From NCBI GenBank assembly GCA_012557565.1, contig GCA_012557565.1_3926.1: a stretch of DNA of 64,000 nt. One strand, written 5' to 3'. The stretch is from a phage. How positions within the stretch are numbered: the first letter of the stretch is position 1; each line of letters begins with the position of its first letter. Shown here piece by piece: positions 38,866 to 47,590 of this stretch. Position numbers and translations under genes: made by a program. Below the pieces are notes generated by a model. It searched no databases and was not told where the DNA came from. It was given only the letters and a program-made list of their open reading frames with translations.

Positions 38866-39126
38866 ACACTTTGAAGTCCCTGTATAAGCCCCTGTAAAGG
38901 GCTATAAAGAGCTATATAGTCAGTTGGGCTATAGATACTAGTAAGAACCTTAGAAGAGGTCACACAGAGCTATACAGGGCTTTTAAGAGGTATGTTTAGA
39001 GAATCACTGAGAGGGATAGGGAACGATAAGAGAAGAGATAGTGACCATGTTAATAGATTGTTAAACATGTTAAGAACTTAATAGACACTTGTTAATAATC
39101 TTAACAAAATAACTTTTAAATTTAAC

Positions 39127-39268
39127 ATGTTAGGGACTTGTTAGCATCTTGTTAGAACCTTGTAAGAACTGTTAAGCACTTGTTACACCCTTGTTAGTTC
39201 TGTTAAGAAACTGTTAAGAACTTTAGAGACTTGTTAGGGACTTGTTAGAGTTGTAAAGAAATTGTTAA
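39127..39268 (+). repeat. helically phased array of 14 (C)TTGTTAG-type motifs
   Basis: Motif starts 39127, 39138, 39149, 39160, 39169, 39180, 39191, 39200, 39211, 39221, 39231, 39242, 39251, 39262; spacings 9-11 bp, mean about 10.4. Confidence 0.85.
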
Positions 39269-39335
39269 TGATATTTTAAGATTTTGCAAAGGGGATGTTA
39301 CAGGGCTGTTAAGGGCTACTAAGCAGATATACATC

Positions 39336-39359
39336 CATGAGGTAGATTCTACCGAATCC
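39336..39359 (+). repeat. 24-bp direct repeat ATGAGrTAGATTCTAyCGAATCCA, copy 1 (internal GATTC/GAATC palindrome)
   Basis: Near-identical copy at 39959-39982. Confidence 0.75.
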
Positions 39360-39958
39360 ACTAGTAGATATTTTTCAGATTCTCCCAAGAACCTAAAAAG
39401 TGACCTACCTAGTCTATTTTATAAAAATTTTATAGAACTGAATAACTATCTATACACTATCTTATATAAAACAGGAATTAACAGGCTTATAAGATATCTT
39501 GTTAGTAACGTGTTAGACCTTGTAGGATAAGCCTTAGAAGGGAATACCTGTTTAGTGTTATATAACAGTCTATATAGAGGCTTAGTAATCCCTAGTGATT
39601 CTGCTATATAGGGTACTATCTTGGACATAATGGGTTACTGTTAAGTAACACAGATAACCTAGAGATTAAGATGGGTATAGGGGCTTCTAAGGGGCTAGGA
39701 AGAGGTTAGGAAGGTGATTGTATAGGGTTGATTAATGGTAGGCTTAGAAGGCTTTATAGAGGGCTATATAGAGAGCACTATTTAGGGACTAAGAGGCTAT
39801 ATAGATACTATATAATACTATATAGAGATGATGCTTAGAGAGGGTGTTTAGAAGGGTATAGATATTTTATCACATATCATGGTGACCCAAGATGAACGGA
39901 GTGAATCCCAAATTTTATAAAAATATAAATTTCGTAAATTTTACTCAATAAAAACCCC

Positions 39959-39982
39959 TATGAGATAGATTCTATCGAATCC
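39959..39982 (+). repeat. 24-bp direct repeat, copy 2
   Basis: Matches 39336-39359 with two mismatches. Confidence 0.75.
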
Positions 39983-40003
39983 ATTTTAAGGGGCTGTATA
40001 GTC

Positions 40004-40675
40004 TTACATCAATTCACTAAGCATGGCTTGCAATGAAGTTTTAGAAGTCTGGAAGAAGTGTGTGAACCCATTATGACGTTCTCTTACCTGAATCATTATC
40101 TGGTCACCCTTAATCGGGTGTGAACTAATATGGTATTCATTCATGTTCAGTACAACACCCAAACCATCTATAATGTGTCTGAGTATGTCATATTCAACAA
40201 ATTCTTCTTTACCTGTGACCTTGATACAAACACCTTTGTTGGTTCTCTTAGGGTTTATATCTTCCATAACCAGCATTTGTTGTCCACCAAGAGAAATCAT
40301 AGAGAACTCTTTACGGTTCTGCTGCTTAACATACATCTCAAGTTTCTTCAAAGTATCTTCAAAGAACGGATAAGATTTCTTGACAAAGATACCTTCAAGT
40401 GGCTCTTTACCTGAATCTTCTCGTTCCATCTTAAGTCGATTAACAAGTAATTCTAAAGACCACTTCTCACTTTCATCAAGATATGTATTGATATCATCTA
40501 GACTCAGTACCAGATACTTTCTTTCAAGTTCAAACTTTTTCATCTCTATCAAATCCTTAAAACATTTCTTAGTAATTGCTTCCCATTCTTCGGAGTTCTT
40601 TCTCTTCCTCTTCAGATGGGGAACCATATCTGTTAAGTTCTTCCAACTCTTCTTCAGTAGGTGTCCCATAATCAC
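40004..40675 (-). CDS. hypothetical protein
   Basis: 223-aa ORF, last gene of the minus-strand module. Confidence 0.5.
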   Translation of the reverse strand: MIMGHLLKKSWKNLTDMVPHLKRKRKNSEEWEAITKKCFKDLIEMKKFELERKYLVLSLDDINTYLDESEKWSLELLVNRLKMEREDSGKEPLEGIFVKKSYPFFEDTLKKLEMYVKQQNRKEFSMISLGGQQMLVMEDINPKRTNKGVCIKVTGKEEFVEYDILRHIIDGLGVVLNMNEYHISSHPIKGDQIMIQVRERHNGFTHFFQTSKTSLQAMLSELM

Positions 40676-41106
40676 ATCTTAAGTTTGAAAGTATTTTTAC
40701 CATTGACCTGAATATACCCATCATTTTCAACTATCCAGTGTGCGGTTGAGAATGCACTATATGCGTTTGCTTCACCATAACCAATAAACTTACCATTACA
40801 CCCACTTTCAATAAGTATTGTACCTACTGGTTCACCTGTACCAATGGTTTCTACAATATAGAGTGTGTTTAGCTTTATGGAGCTATCTTCAGTCTCTTCT
40901 TTGAAGCGTTCAGGTAGAGACATATCAAGCCCTTCAGTTATTACAGATTGCATGTAAGCTTCTGAACACTCCCAGATAAAGCTATGAAGAAGAACCTTTG
41001 CAGCATGTCTTGAACAACCAAATTCTGCAACGATATCTTTATACATATCATCTTTAGTTCCATTGTTTAGTAAAGCTTTACGTACCACATCTTTAACATT
41101 CTTCAT
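40672..41106 (-). CDS. hypothetical protein
   Basis: Track ORF 40672-41157; start probably at an internal Met (about 41106) to avoid overlapping the upstream gene. Confidence 0.4.
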   Translation of the reverse strand: MKNVKDVVRKALLNNGTKDDMYKDIVAEFGCSRHAAKVLLHSFIWECSEAYMQSVITEGLDMSLPERFKEETEDSSIKLNTLYIVETIGTGEPVGTILIESGCNGKFIGYGEANAYSAFSTAHWIVENDGYIQVNGKNTFKLKM

Positions 41107-41389
41107 CGTTCCAATCCTCATCTCTCTCGATTTGAAATTCTTCAGGTAACTCTGCAACTGCTTTCAAGTAATAAGCTTCTTGGATGCTGCAAAGGTCTTC
41201 GTAACCACCATTCATAAGCCAGTTATAACCTTGTGGCACACCTTTTTCATCACAGAATCCAGTATAGAACATTGCTTTATGAATCATGTTAAGTGGTTTG
41301 TAAGCAACTTCCACAATATAGAAGGTATTGTCTTTCCAACCACCTTCTGGTGGATGAATACCCTTCACGCCTCTACTTTCTGGTGTCAT
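41093..41389 (-). CDS. hypothetical protein
   Basis: 98-aa ORF. Confidence 0.5.
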   Translation of the reverse strand: MTPESRGVKGIHPPEGGWKDNTFYIVEVAYKPLNMIHKAMFYTGFCDEKGVPQGYNWLMNGGYEDLCSIQEAYYLKAVAELPEEFQIERDEDWNDEEC

Positions 41390-41402
41390 AAAATTTCCTC
41401 AA

Positions 41403-41426
41403 TAAAAGGGGCTGTTACACCCCTTC
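41403..41426 (-). terminator. rho-independent terminator (minus strand)
   Basis: Minus-strand reading GGGGTG-taacag-CCCC then TTTT. Confidence 0.55.
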
Positions 41427-41430
41427 GAAA

Positions 41431-41613
41431 TTACTCTTTATCTTTCTTAGCAGATTTCTTCTTAGCCGTTGCTGCAATAGCAAGGTCTACAAGTTGCGCT
41501 AAGTCAGCTTTCAGAACCGTTACAGGTTGTTCGTTGTAGAATCCTTTGTCAAGGTATTCTTTGAACTCTTCTAAGGTTTCAAATCCAAAAGGTTTGATAG
41601 GTGTTCTAATCAT
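41431..41613 (-). CDS. hypothetical small protein
   Basis: 60-aa ORF. Confidence 0.4.
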   Translation of the reverse strand: MIRTPIKPFGFETLEEFKEYLDKGFYNEQPVTVLKADLAQLVDLAIAATAKKKSAKKDKE

Positions 41614-41683
41614 TTACCCTCCGAGATATCTTTTAAGATTTTCTGGTTAATCATTTCCGCAATAGCATAGCGGATACAAACTA

Positions 41684-42190
41684 CTAAAATTTTAGGTTGC
41701 ATTCTTTACTTACCTCTTCAAACTTACTCTCAAACTCTACAATCTTCTTCTTGTAAGTTGTCATTCTCAAACATGATAGGATGATACCAACTATTGGAAT
41801 CACATACAAGAACCAAATCTCAGAAATTTTCTTCTCAGCTTGGTTAAACGTTAAATCCTGCATGTACATGCCACCGAAGGAGATTACACAAATCATAGCA
41901 AGGAATACAGATAACATGATTGCTATTCCTGCCCACCCTCTGGTATTATGTTCAGCATTTCTACGCTTATTTTCAAGATTGATAAGTTCGTTGTAGTCTG
42001 CTGAGAAGTCTCTGTAGAAAGCTTTCAAGTACTCTCTGCTGTAACCTTCAAAACATCCTGTACCAAACCAATTTTCACCTCCAAAGTGTGAAATAGTTCC
42101 TTCTTCACCGTTTGCTTTCACAATCTTGAAAGATACATGGTGTCTTGACTTCTCATAAGAAATCTGGTCTCTTGAATCTTCATAAATCAT
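41684..42190 (-). CDS. hypothetical membrane protein (two predicted TM segments)
   Basis: Hydrophobic stretches WAGIAIMLSVFLAMICVISF and LYVIPIVGIILSCL. Confidence 0.5.
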   Translation of the reverse strand: MIYEDSRDQISYEKSRHHVSFKIVKANGEEGTISHFGGENWFGTGCFEGYSREYLKAFYRDFSADYNELINLENKRRNAEHNTRGWAGIAIMLSVFLAMICVISFGGMYMQDLTFNQAEKKISEIWFLYVIPIVGIILSCLRMTTYKKKIVEFESKFEEVSKECNLKF

Positions 42191-42405
42191 TGTTCAATCC
42201 TCTTTAATCGTGCATTCCACTCTCTGTCAATCATTCTCTGGAATGTCTTACCTCTTGGAGTAACATTCTTAAGTGACTCTTCAGTACATACCAGAATATC
42301 ACCTCTGGCAAACTTGCCATAGCACTGTTTAGTCTTCTTAGCTCGTCTGTACTGCTCAGAAACAGAGAGCTTCCAGTATTCACCTAGAGTTGTAAACTTT
42401 TTCAT
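42187..42405 (-). CDS. hypothetical protein
   Basis: 72-aa ORF, ATGA-coupled. Confidence 0.45.
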   Translation of the reverse strand: MKKFTTLGEYWKLSVSEQYRRAKKTKQCYGKFARGDILVCTEESLKNVTPRGKTFQRMIDREWNARLKRIEQ

Positions 42406-43142
42406 TCTTTCACCATTGCATTGTAGAATTGCCTTTGAATCTCTTCAGCAATCTGATAAGGTGTGAAACCAGCTTTTAACATCATCCTGACTGTGTACTC
42501 AATGTCATTCTTATTAACCACATGGTCTGTGACACTGATTGCTTCTTTTAACTCTTCAGCTTTCTTTCTAGCATCTTCACAAGCATTGGTCAACATGGAG
42601 TCAAATTTCTTTTGTGGTGTAGTCCAAGCATGACTATGTGGATTCGCATCACAGAAATACTTGAAGTAATCTCTGACATTATCTACGACCAGAGTTTGAT
42701 GACCGTTTTCTTTAGTTTGATATCTAGACTCTTGCTCAGGTACATCTGCGAGTCTGTGTGTAGGAGCCTCAATAGTAACATCAATCGTTCTAACCTTTGG
42801 AGTTACCTCTTTCTTCAGAGTCGGAGTTGCCTCAAAAGTTGCCTTTTCAGACTCTTCATCTTTAACAATTCCAGTATCTACCAAAGCAATACCAAGGAGG
42901 TCTCTAAAGCTTCCTGTGAATACCAGATTTTCTATATCAGCAGTTGAATAAACTTTACCAGCCCACAAATGTCCTTCTGCAAGGTTTTGAGAATCTGGGT
43001 ACAGCTTGAAGTGTATATTTTTCAAAGGTCTGAAGTACACTACACCACTATCAGAGACATGTGTGACCGTGGCTGCAACTCTACGCAATGGGTTTTCCTT
43101 GACATATATAAATATTGTATCTGATTCATTAACTTTGTTCAT
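42402..43142 (-). CDS. hypothetical protein
   Basis: 246-aa ORF. Confidence 0.55.
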   Translation of the reverse strand: MNKVNESDTIFIYVKENPLRRVAATVTHVSDSGVVYFRPLKNIHFKLYPDSQNLAEGHLWAGKVYSTADIENLVFTGSFRDLLGIALVDTGIVKDEESEKATFEATPTLKKEVTPKVRTIDVTIEAPTHRLADVPEQESRYQTKENGHQTLVVDNVRDYFKYFCDANPHSHAWTTPQKKFDSMLTNACEDARKKAEELKEAISVTDHVVNKNDIEYTVRMMLKAGFTPYQIAEEIQRQFYNAMVKE

Positions 43143-43212
43143 TTTATCTCTCCAACAAAAAAGGGAACCACCTTTCGATAGCTCCCATCATACAAAATTC
43201 TAGATATTACTG

Positions 43213-43806
43213 TCAAGTATATTTTCTAGGCAGTAACTTACTTTTTCTGCTTCGAACATCTTCAAGGATAGCTATGAAGTCATCAGAAGCACCCTTCCAA
43301 GGGCTGAAGTTTGGGATATGCTGACGAATAGCTTCAATAATCGTCTTCATACCTGTGTTCTTCATCCACCAATCTGAGCTTGAAGCAGTCATAACAAAGA
43401 ACTGCTCATCATCGGTTAAGATGACCTCTTTAGTGAATGGGGAGGTGTACGTGGTGATAACTGAACCGCCATTCATGTAATATGTACGCTTGTGGACTTT
43501 ATCAAGCATATCATGTAGGTCACCAAACAGTTTCACAACCTCTTGGTGGTTAATGTCTTTCTCAAGGTCTAAACGGTACTTCAGAAGTGCTTCATCAACT
43601 TCTTTAGATGAGAACTTAAAGTACTGCACATCTTCAATGATACATGCAGAGATGTTGTTAACATCCATAGTCAATTTGACAACTTTTGCTGGTGAGTTAA
43701 TGTTTGGCTGGAACGCAGCAAGCACACCCTGAACATTACCGTAGTGTTGAACTAATGCAACTTGTGGAGAATCAACTCCACCATTTTCTTTAATGTTTAC
43801 ACTCAT
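43213..43806 (-). CDS. hypothetical protein
   Basis: 197-aa ORF. Confidence 0.55.
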   Translation of the reverse strand: MSVNIKENGGVDSPQVALVQHYGNVQGVLAAFQPNINSPAKVVKLTMDVNNISACIIEDVQYFKFSSKEVDEALLKYRLDLEKDINHQEVVKLFGDLHDMLDKVHKRTYYMNGGSVITTYTSPFTKEVILTDDEQFFVMTASSSDWWMKNTGMKTIIEAIRQHIPNFSPWKGASDDFIAILEDVRSRKSKLLPRKYT

Positions 43807-43807
43807 A

Positions 43808-44152
43808 CTATAACTTCCTCACTAAATACTTTTTAAGTGGTGTCTTCGGTTTTTCAAAGACCTCAATAGAATCTATTTTAATACCCTCACCACGCATACC
43901 TGTGGATTGGTAGATGTAGAACTCAAGCATCCCTATATTTTTAGCTGGCATATCATGCTTAACAAAGATGGTCACTGAATCTTCACTTTTAAAGATTACT
44001 GTACCGTCTTTATACACAAGCTTATCAGGTTGTTTATAGTCAAGCATATCAAACATCAGAAATAGTCTTTGCTGACATTTGTCCAGCCTTGATGACAGGG
44101 CTTCTTGTATATCTGCAAAATTCTTATAAACAACGATGTGGAGCTTAAGCAT
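43808..44152 (-). CDS. hypothetical protein
   Basis: Track ORF 43808-44245; start probably internal Met at 44152. Confidence 0.45.
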   Translation of the reverse strand: MLKLHIVVYKNFADIQEALSSRLDKCQQRLFLMFDMLDYKQPDKLVYKDGTVIFKSEDSVTIFVKHDMPAKNIGMLEFYIYQSTGMRGEGIKIDSIEVFEKPKTPLKKYLVRKL

Positions 44153-44438
44153 CTGCGTATTCTCTGACGAAGAAGTAGTTGATTTTGTTATCAGATACCA
44201 GAAGGTCATAGCAAGTAATTTCGAACTTACTCTTTTCAGCATCATAGCTAGTGTATGGCTCGGAAACTTGCTTTGTTGACACTTTTGGGTTATTAGGGTT
44301 TAAAAGGCCACCATAGAGTTTCTTAATGGCCTTTGAAACTACACCCCAGATAACATCATCAGTAAGTTCTTCGTACAGGTCAAACTCAGCTTCATAACTG
44401 AAGTCATTTATTGGGAAAATAACCTGTACTTTACTCAT
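44145..44438 (-). CDS. hypothetical protein
   Basis: 97-aa ORF. Confidence 0.5.
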   Translation of the reverse strand: MSKVQVIFPINDFSYEAEFDLYEELTDDVIWGVVSKAIKKLYGGLLNPNNPKVSTKQVSEPYTSYDAEKSKFEITCYDLLVSDNKINYFFVREYADA

Positions 44439-44439
44439 A

Positions 44440-44823
44440 TCAGATTACCTGTGTAACTTGCAAAGCTTCTGTTACGGAGATATCACCAACTTTTTCTTCT
44501 TTGATGAAGGTGAAAGTCAGAAGAGTAGGGTCTGTAACCTCATCTTCCAGAGGGACACCATTTAGTTCATCAAAGATAGATTGTGTAGTCCAATCTTCCT
44601 GGCCATCTGGGTAGTGGTAAGCATAAAGTGGGAAGATAGTATCATACCACCCAAATACTGGACAGCCATCTTTATCATCACGAACATGGCGTAGTACATT
44701 TTCAGAATTTGTAAAACGAAGAAAAAGTTCTCCATTACGCTCATATATTGTAGCATCTACTAACTCATGTGTTTTCATGCCACGACGTGAAGTGTCAACT
44801 TTGACTTGAATCTCTTTATTCAT
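44440..44823 (-). CDS. hypothetical protein
   Basis: Track ORF 44440-44856; start likely internal Met near 44823. Confidence 0.45.
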   Translation of the reverse strand: MNKEIQVKVDTSRRGMKTHELVDATIYERNGELFLRFTNSENVLRHVRDDKDGCPVFGWYDTIFPLYAYHYPDGQEDWTTQSIFDELNGVPLEDEVTDPTLLTFTFIKEEKVGDISVTEALQVTQVI

Positions 44824-45226
44824 AATAACCTCTCTCAGCTTTCTCAATTTTGTCAAGAAGTTTCATACACTGGTCGTTATGGTAAATAGCCTCACGATTG
44901 TGTACTTCCTTCTGCTTCTCAAGTAGAGTTTTATAGTAACCTGATAACTGCTCTCTTGTCAAGGGGTGTTCTGAAATAATGTCTAAGGAACTCTCACCTA
45001 ACGAGAAAAACAAACCATTATCATCTACGTTGTAGAGTTCATTTGTGAAGAATCCCTTGTTAGCCATCGTGATAGGTGAACGCTCAATAACTTCCACAAT
45101 AAACTTGGTAATAACCTTATCACCGTAAGTGATAAGCTTGCTTCCATAAATCCTTACTTTCATACCACTTCTGGTATACTTAAAAGTCCCAACATCATCA
45201 GCCCAAAGTTTCATAGTTTTCTCCAT
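44816..45226 (-). CDS. hypothetical protein
   Basis: 136-aa ORF. Confidence 0.5.
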   Translation of the reverse strand: MEKTMKLWADDVGTFKYTRSGMKVRIYGSKLITYGDKVITKFIVEVIERSPITMANKGFFTNELYNVDDNGLFFSLGESSLDIISEHPLTREQLSGYYKTLLEKQKEVHNREAIYHNDQCMKLLDKIEKAERGYYE

Positions 45227-45232
45227 AGAAAT

Positions 45233-45256
45233 AAAAAAGGCTCCCGAAGGAGCCTC
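45233..45256 (-). terminator. rho-independent terminator (minus strand) downstream of endolysin
   Basis: Minus-strand reading GGCTCC-TTCG-GGAGCC then TTTTTT. Confidence 0.75.
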
Positions 45257-45264
45257 TTAATCTA

Positions 45265-45735
45265 CTATTTTGGATAAACAGCGTCAAGGTAAATTTTGGC
45301 TTCCAAACTACGCCTATTTTGTAGACCCTTGGAAGTTACTTTTTGACCATTCACTGTAATCTTGTTCCACCACTGCATAGCTTCTGCACAACCAGCTTTG
45401 TTACCAGCATTGTGACGCTTGATAAAAGTTGAATCCTGCATAGCACCGATGCCAATGTTGTAAGTCTCTACAACAAGTGCGTCAAATTCGTTCTGCGTAG
45501 TTGGAACCTTAATTGCTCTGTTTACTGCACCTACATAGTTTTCAACATCTGCAAGGAGATATTGAACAGCTTGTTCAGCAGTAATCTTCATCCCCATTGT
45601 TACAGGTCTTCCGTTGATACGGATTGTTCCATAGCCGATTGTGGGGATTCCAGCAGAGTCTTTATAAGCTTCTAAGCGAAGCCCTTCAAAGAACTTAATG
45701 GCTTCTAAGCCTTTACTTGAGAGTTGCATTATCAA
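45265..45735 (-). CDS. endolysin (phage lysozyme, GH24-like)
   Basis: LEAIKFFEGLRLEAYKDSAGIPTIGYG is the characteristic phage lysozyme N-terminal block. Confidence 0.75.
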   Translation of the reverse strand: MIMQLSSKGLEAIKFFEGLRLEAYKDSAGIPTIGYGTIRINGRPVTMGMKITAEQAVQYLLADVENYVGAVNRAIKVPTTQNEFDALVVETYNIGIGAMQDSTFIKRHNAGNKAGCAEAMQWWNKITVNGQKVTSKGLQNRRSLEAKIYLDAVYPK

Positions 45736-46364
45736 CCTCCTACTGCGTTAATAACCACCTTGGCAGATTGGGATGTGATTGAGCCACCTACACCAGTTAC
45801 AACACAAGAGTAAGTACCTTCATCATCAGCTTTAGAAGTCGGTGTCTTTTCATATGTTGCAGATGTTGCTGAAGGGATATCTACATCATCTTTCTTCCAC
45901 TGATAACCAGTTGCACCAGTAGCAACAACTGAAAGTGTAAGTGTTCCACCCTCGTTGACAGTTTGGTCAGTTGGCTGCTGTGTAATAACTGGAGGTGTGA
46001 TTGCATCCTTCAACTTTGCATTAAGCATAGAGAAAGGTTTAACCCTTGCCAACCATTCACAATAAACTGTGTCAACATCCTTCCCATTGATGATTGCATA
46101 CTGCAAGTCCATGAAGAAGTCAGCAGTCCTCATCTGAGCACCAACTGAATATAAAAGTTCTTCACTAAATGGGACTGTGTAGTCTGGTGTGTAATTGAAG
46201 TCAGTAACTTCTGGAATATCAGACTCAGGCCACGGTGAGCTATATGTCAGAGGCAGAACGGCCTCTTGATACTTTCTGAAGTCGTATCTTTTGCCAGCTT
46301 TAACATTCGCTACAAAGTCTTTAACGAACTCTTTAAAATCTGGATATGTCTTTGCTTTAATCAT
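45732..46364 (-). CDS. hypothetical protein with C-terminal Ig-like domain
   Basis: C-terminal PPVITQQPTDQTVNEGGTLTLSVVATGATGYQWKKDD...GTYSCVVTGVGGSITS has an I-set Ig-like pattern; N-terminal 120 aa paralogous to next gene. Confidence 0.55.
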   Translation of the reverse strand: MIKAKTYPDFKEFVKDFVANVKAGKRYDFRKYQEAVLPLTYSSPWPESDIPEVTDFNYTPDYTVPFSEELLYSVGAQMRTADFFMDLQYAIINGKDVDTVYCEWLARVKPFSMLNAKLKDAITPPVITQQPTDQTVNEGGTLTLSVVATGATGYQWKKDDVDIPSATSATYEKTPTSKADDEGTYSCVVTGVGGSITSQSAKVVINAVGG

Positions 46365-46729
46365 TTCTTAGCCTCTAATCTTGCATTTAGTCTAAAATAA
46401 CCTTTGTGCTGCGGTGAAACATCACCTACAACAACTCCGTCAATCTTATAGCCTTTACCCATCACATATTGAATATCCATCAAAAATGTACCAAGACCAA
46501 CGATATGAAACATTGGGTAAAGAAGTTCTTCAGTATCTGGTAGAGGAATTTTAGGTGTGTATTCGGAATGTGTTTCGGTAGGGTTGATATCCTTCTCAGG
46601 CCATTTGCTATCACGCCATGTTAAGGGTGTCGGAAGTACATCATCAAGATTATACCTGTCACCTTCTTGAACACTTTGGACATAAGATTGTAGGAAGCAA
46701 TAAAAGTCTTTTCCACTCTTTGCCTTCAT
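46361..46729 (-). CDS. hypothetical protein, paralog of the N-terminal domain of 45732-46364
   Basis: Shared blocks YPDFKEFV/GKDFYCFL, RYDF/RYNL, EELLY, FFMDLQYA/FLMDIQYV. Confidence 0.5.
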   Translation of the reverse strand: MKAKSGKDFYCFLQSYVQSVQEGDRYNLDDVLPTPLTWRDSKWPEKDINPTETHSEYTPKIPLPDTEELLYPMFHIVGLGTFLMDIQYVMGKGYKIDGVVVGDVSPQHKGYFRLNARLEAKK

Positions 46730-46746
46730 TATCTATCCTTAACAAA

Positions 46747-46768
46747 TAAAAGGGGCTTTCGCCCCATA
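46747..46768 (-). terminator. rho-independent terminator (minus strand)
   Basis: Minus-strand reading GGGGC-gaaa-GCCCC then TTTT. Confidence 0.65.
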
Positions 46769-46772
46769 AAAC

Positions 46773-47363
46773 TTAAGCCATAGTCTTAAGCATGTTTTTA
46801 AGTTTTTTGAGATTCATTGTCTCATCCAACTTAAATCCAAATCCATTGACGTATTCAATGAAATCAGATTTCTTACTCAGAGATAACGCATAGTTCATGT
46901 CAAAGTCATTACTTGGAGTGGACTCTGGAGAGGTGTTCACATCGAAAGAAATCTCTGTGGATGCCTCTTCAGACTCTCTGAGGTTATCAATCACAACACA
47001 TGTGTAGTTTGCTGGAGAGAACGATGTTGAACCAGCCACATAACTGTATTTAGCATTGTGGATAAGATTTGAGAATACTTTGAAGAATGTTTCTGAATCA
47101 TGACATACCAGTTTAAATTCACTATTAGCACCTAGAGCCATGAGTGAATATGGACTTTCACCATCAATGCTATAATCTGGGTTCATTGCCTGAACAGTAA
47201 CACGCATCAAGTTATTTGCAATTGTTTTCTGTTTAAATGAATCAGGTACGTAGTGCATACCTCTTTCACATTGATTAACCAACTCTTTAAGAAGGTCATC
47301 AGAATATGGTGAAGTGATTGATACAGACCCGTCACCATTATAATTAAAACTCACGTTTAACAT
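46773..47363 (-). CDS. hypothetical protein
   Basis: 196-aa ORF. Confidence 0.5.
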   Translation of the reverse strand: MLNVSFNYNGDGSVSITSPYSDDLLKELVNQCERGMHYVPDSFKQKTIANNLMRVTVQAMNPDYSIDGESPYSLMALGANSEFKLVCHDSETFFKVFSNLIHNAKYSYVAGSTSFSPANYTCVVIDNLRESEEASTEISFDVNTSPESTPSNDFDMNYALSLSKKSDFIEYVNGFGFKLDETMNLKKLKNMLKTMA

Positions 47364-47590
47364 TTATCAGTTCTCCTACGATTGATAATCTTGCTGCAAT
47401 AGAGAAATGAAGCAAATTCACTGGAAGAAACCATTAGAACCTGTTCACTAGATTGAGCTATTGCTCTGAAATACATACCAGTTAGTGCATCATAGTGCTT
47501 ATTCTTTCCAATTGAAGTGATATACCCATGACTCTTTGCAGTTTGGTATAAATCAATAATATCTGTGATTTCTAGTTGGGAGCTACACAT
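47357..47590 (-). CDS. hypothetical protein
   Basis: 77-aa ORF, first gene of minus-strand module. Confidence 0.45.
   Translation of the reverse strand: MCSSQLEITDIIDLYQTAKSHGYITSIGKNKHYDALTGMYFRAIAQSSEQVLMVSSSEFASFLYCSKIINRRRTDKC

Larger units (their letters stand above)
38396..40003. repeat. 1.6 kb non-coding convergent region dense in short repeat families
   Basis: No credible ORF on either strand; families TGTTA(G/A), CTATA(T/C)AG, TTAGAAG(G), CTTAAAAG; AT-rich tracts at 39413-39440 and 39905-39950. Confidence 0.85.

Noticed and set aside
39446-39628. 60-aa minus-strand ORF inside the non-coding repeat region
   Set aside because: Minimum-length ORF, no RBS, embedded in motif arrays; most likely chance.
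38396-40003. Possible CRISPR array in the repeat-dense non-coding region
   Set aside because: Repeat units are 8-11 bp and degenerate, with no 25-40 bp direct repeats separated by unique spacers; this is not CRISPR architecture.
40130-40682. Plus-strand ORFs 40130-40414, 40143-40373, 40380-40682
   Set aside because: Antisense to the minus-strand genes 40004-40675 and 40672-41157; low-complexity translations.
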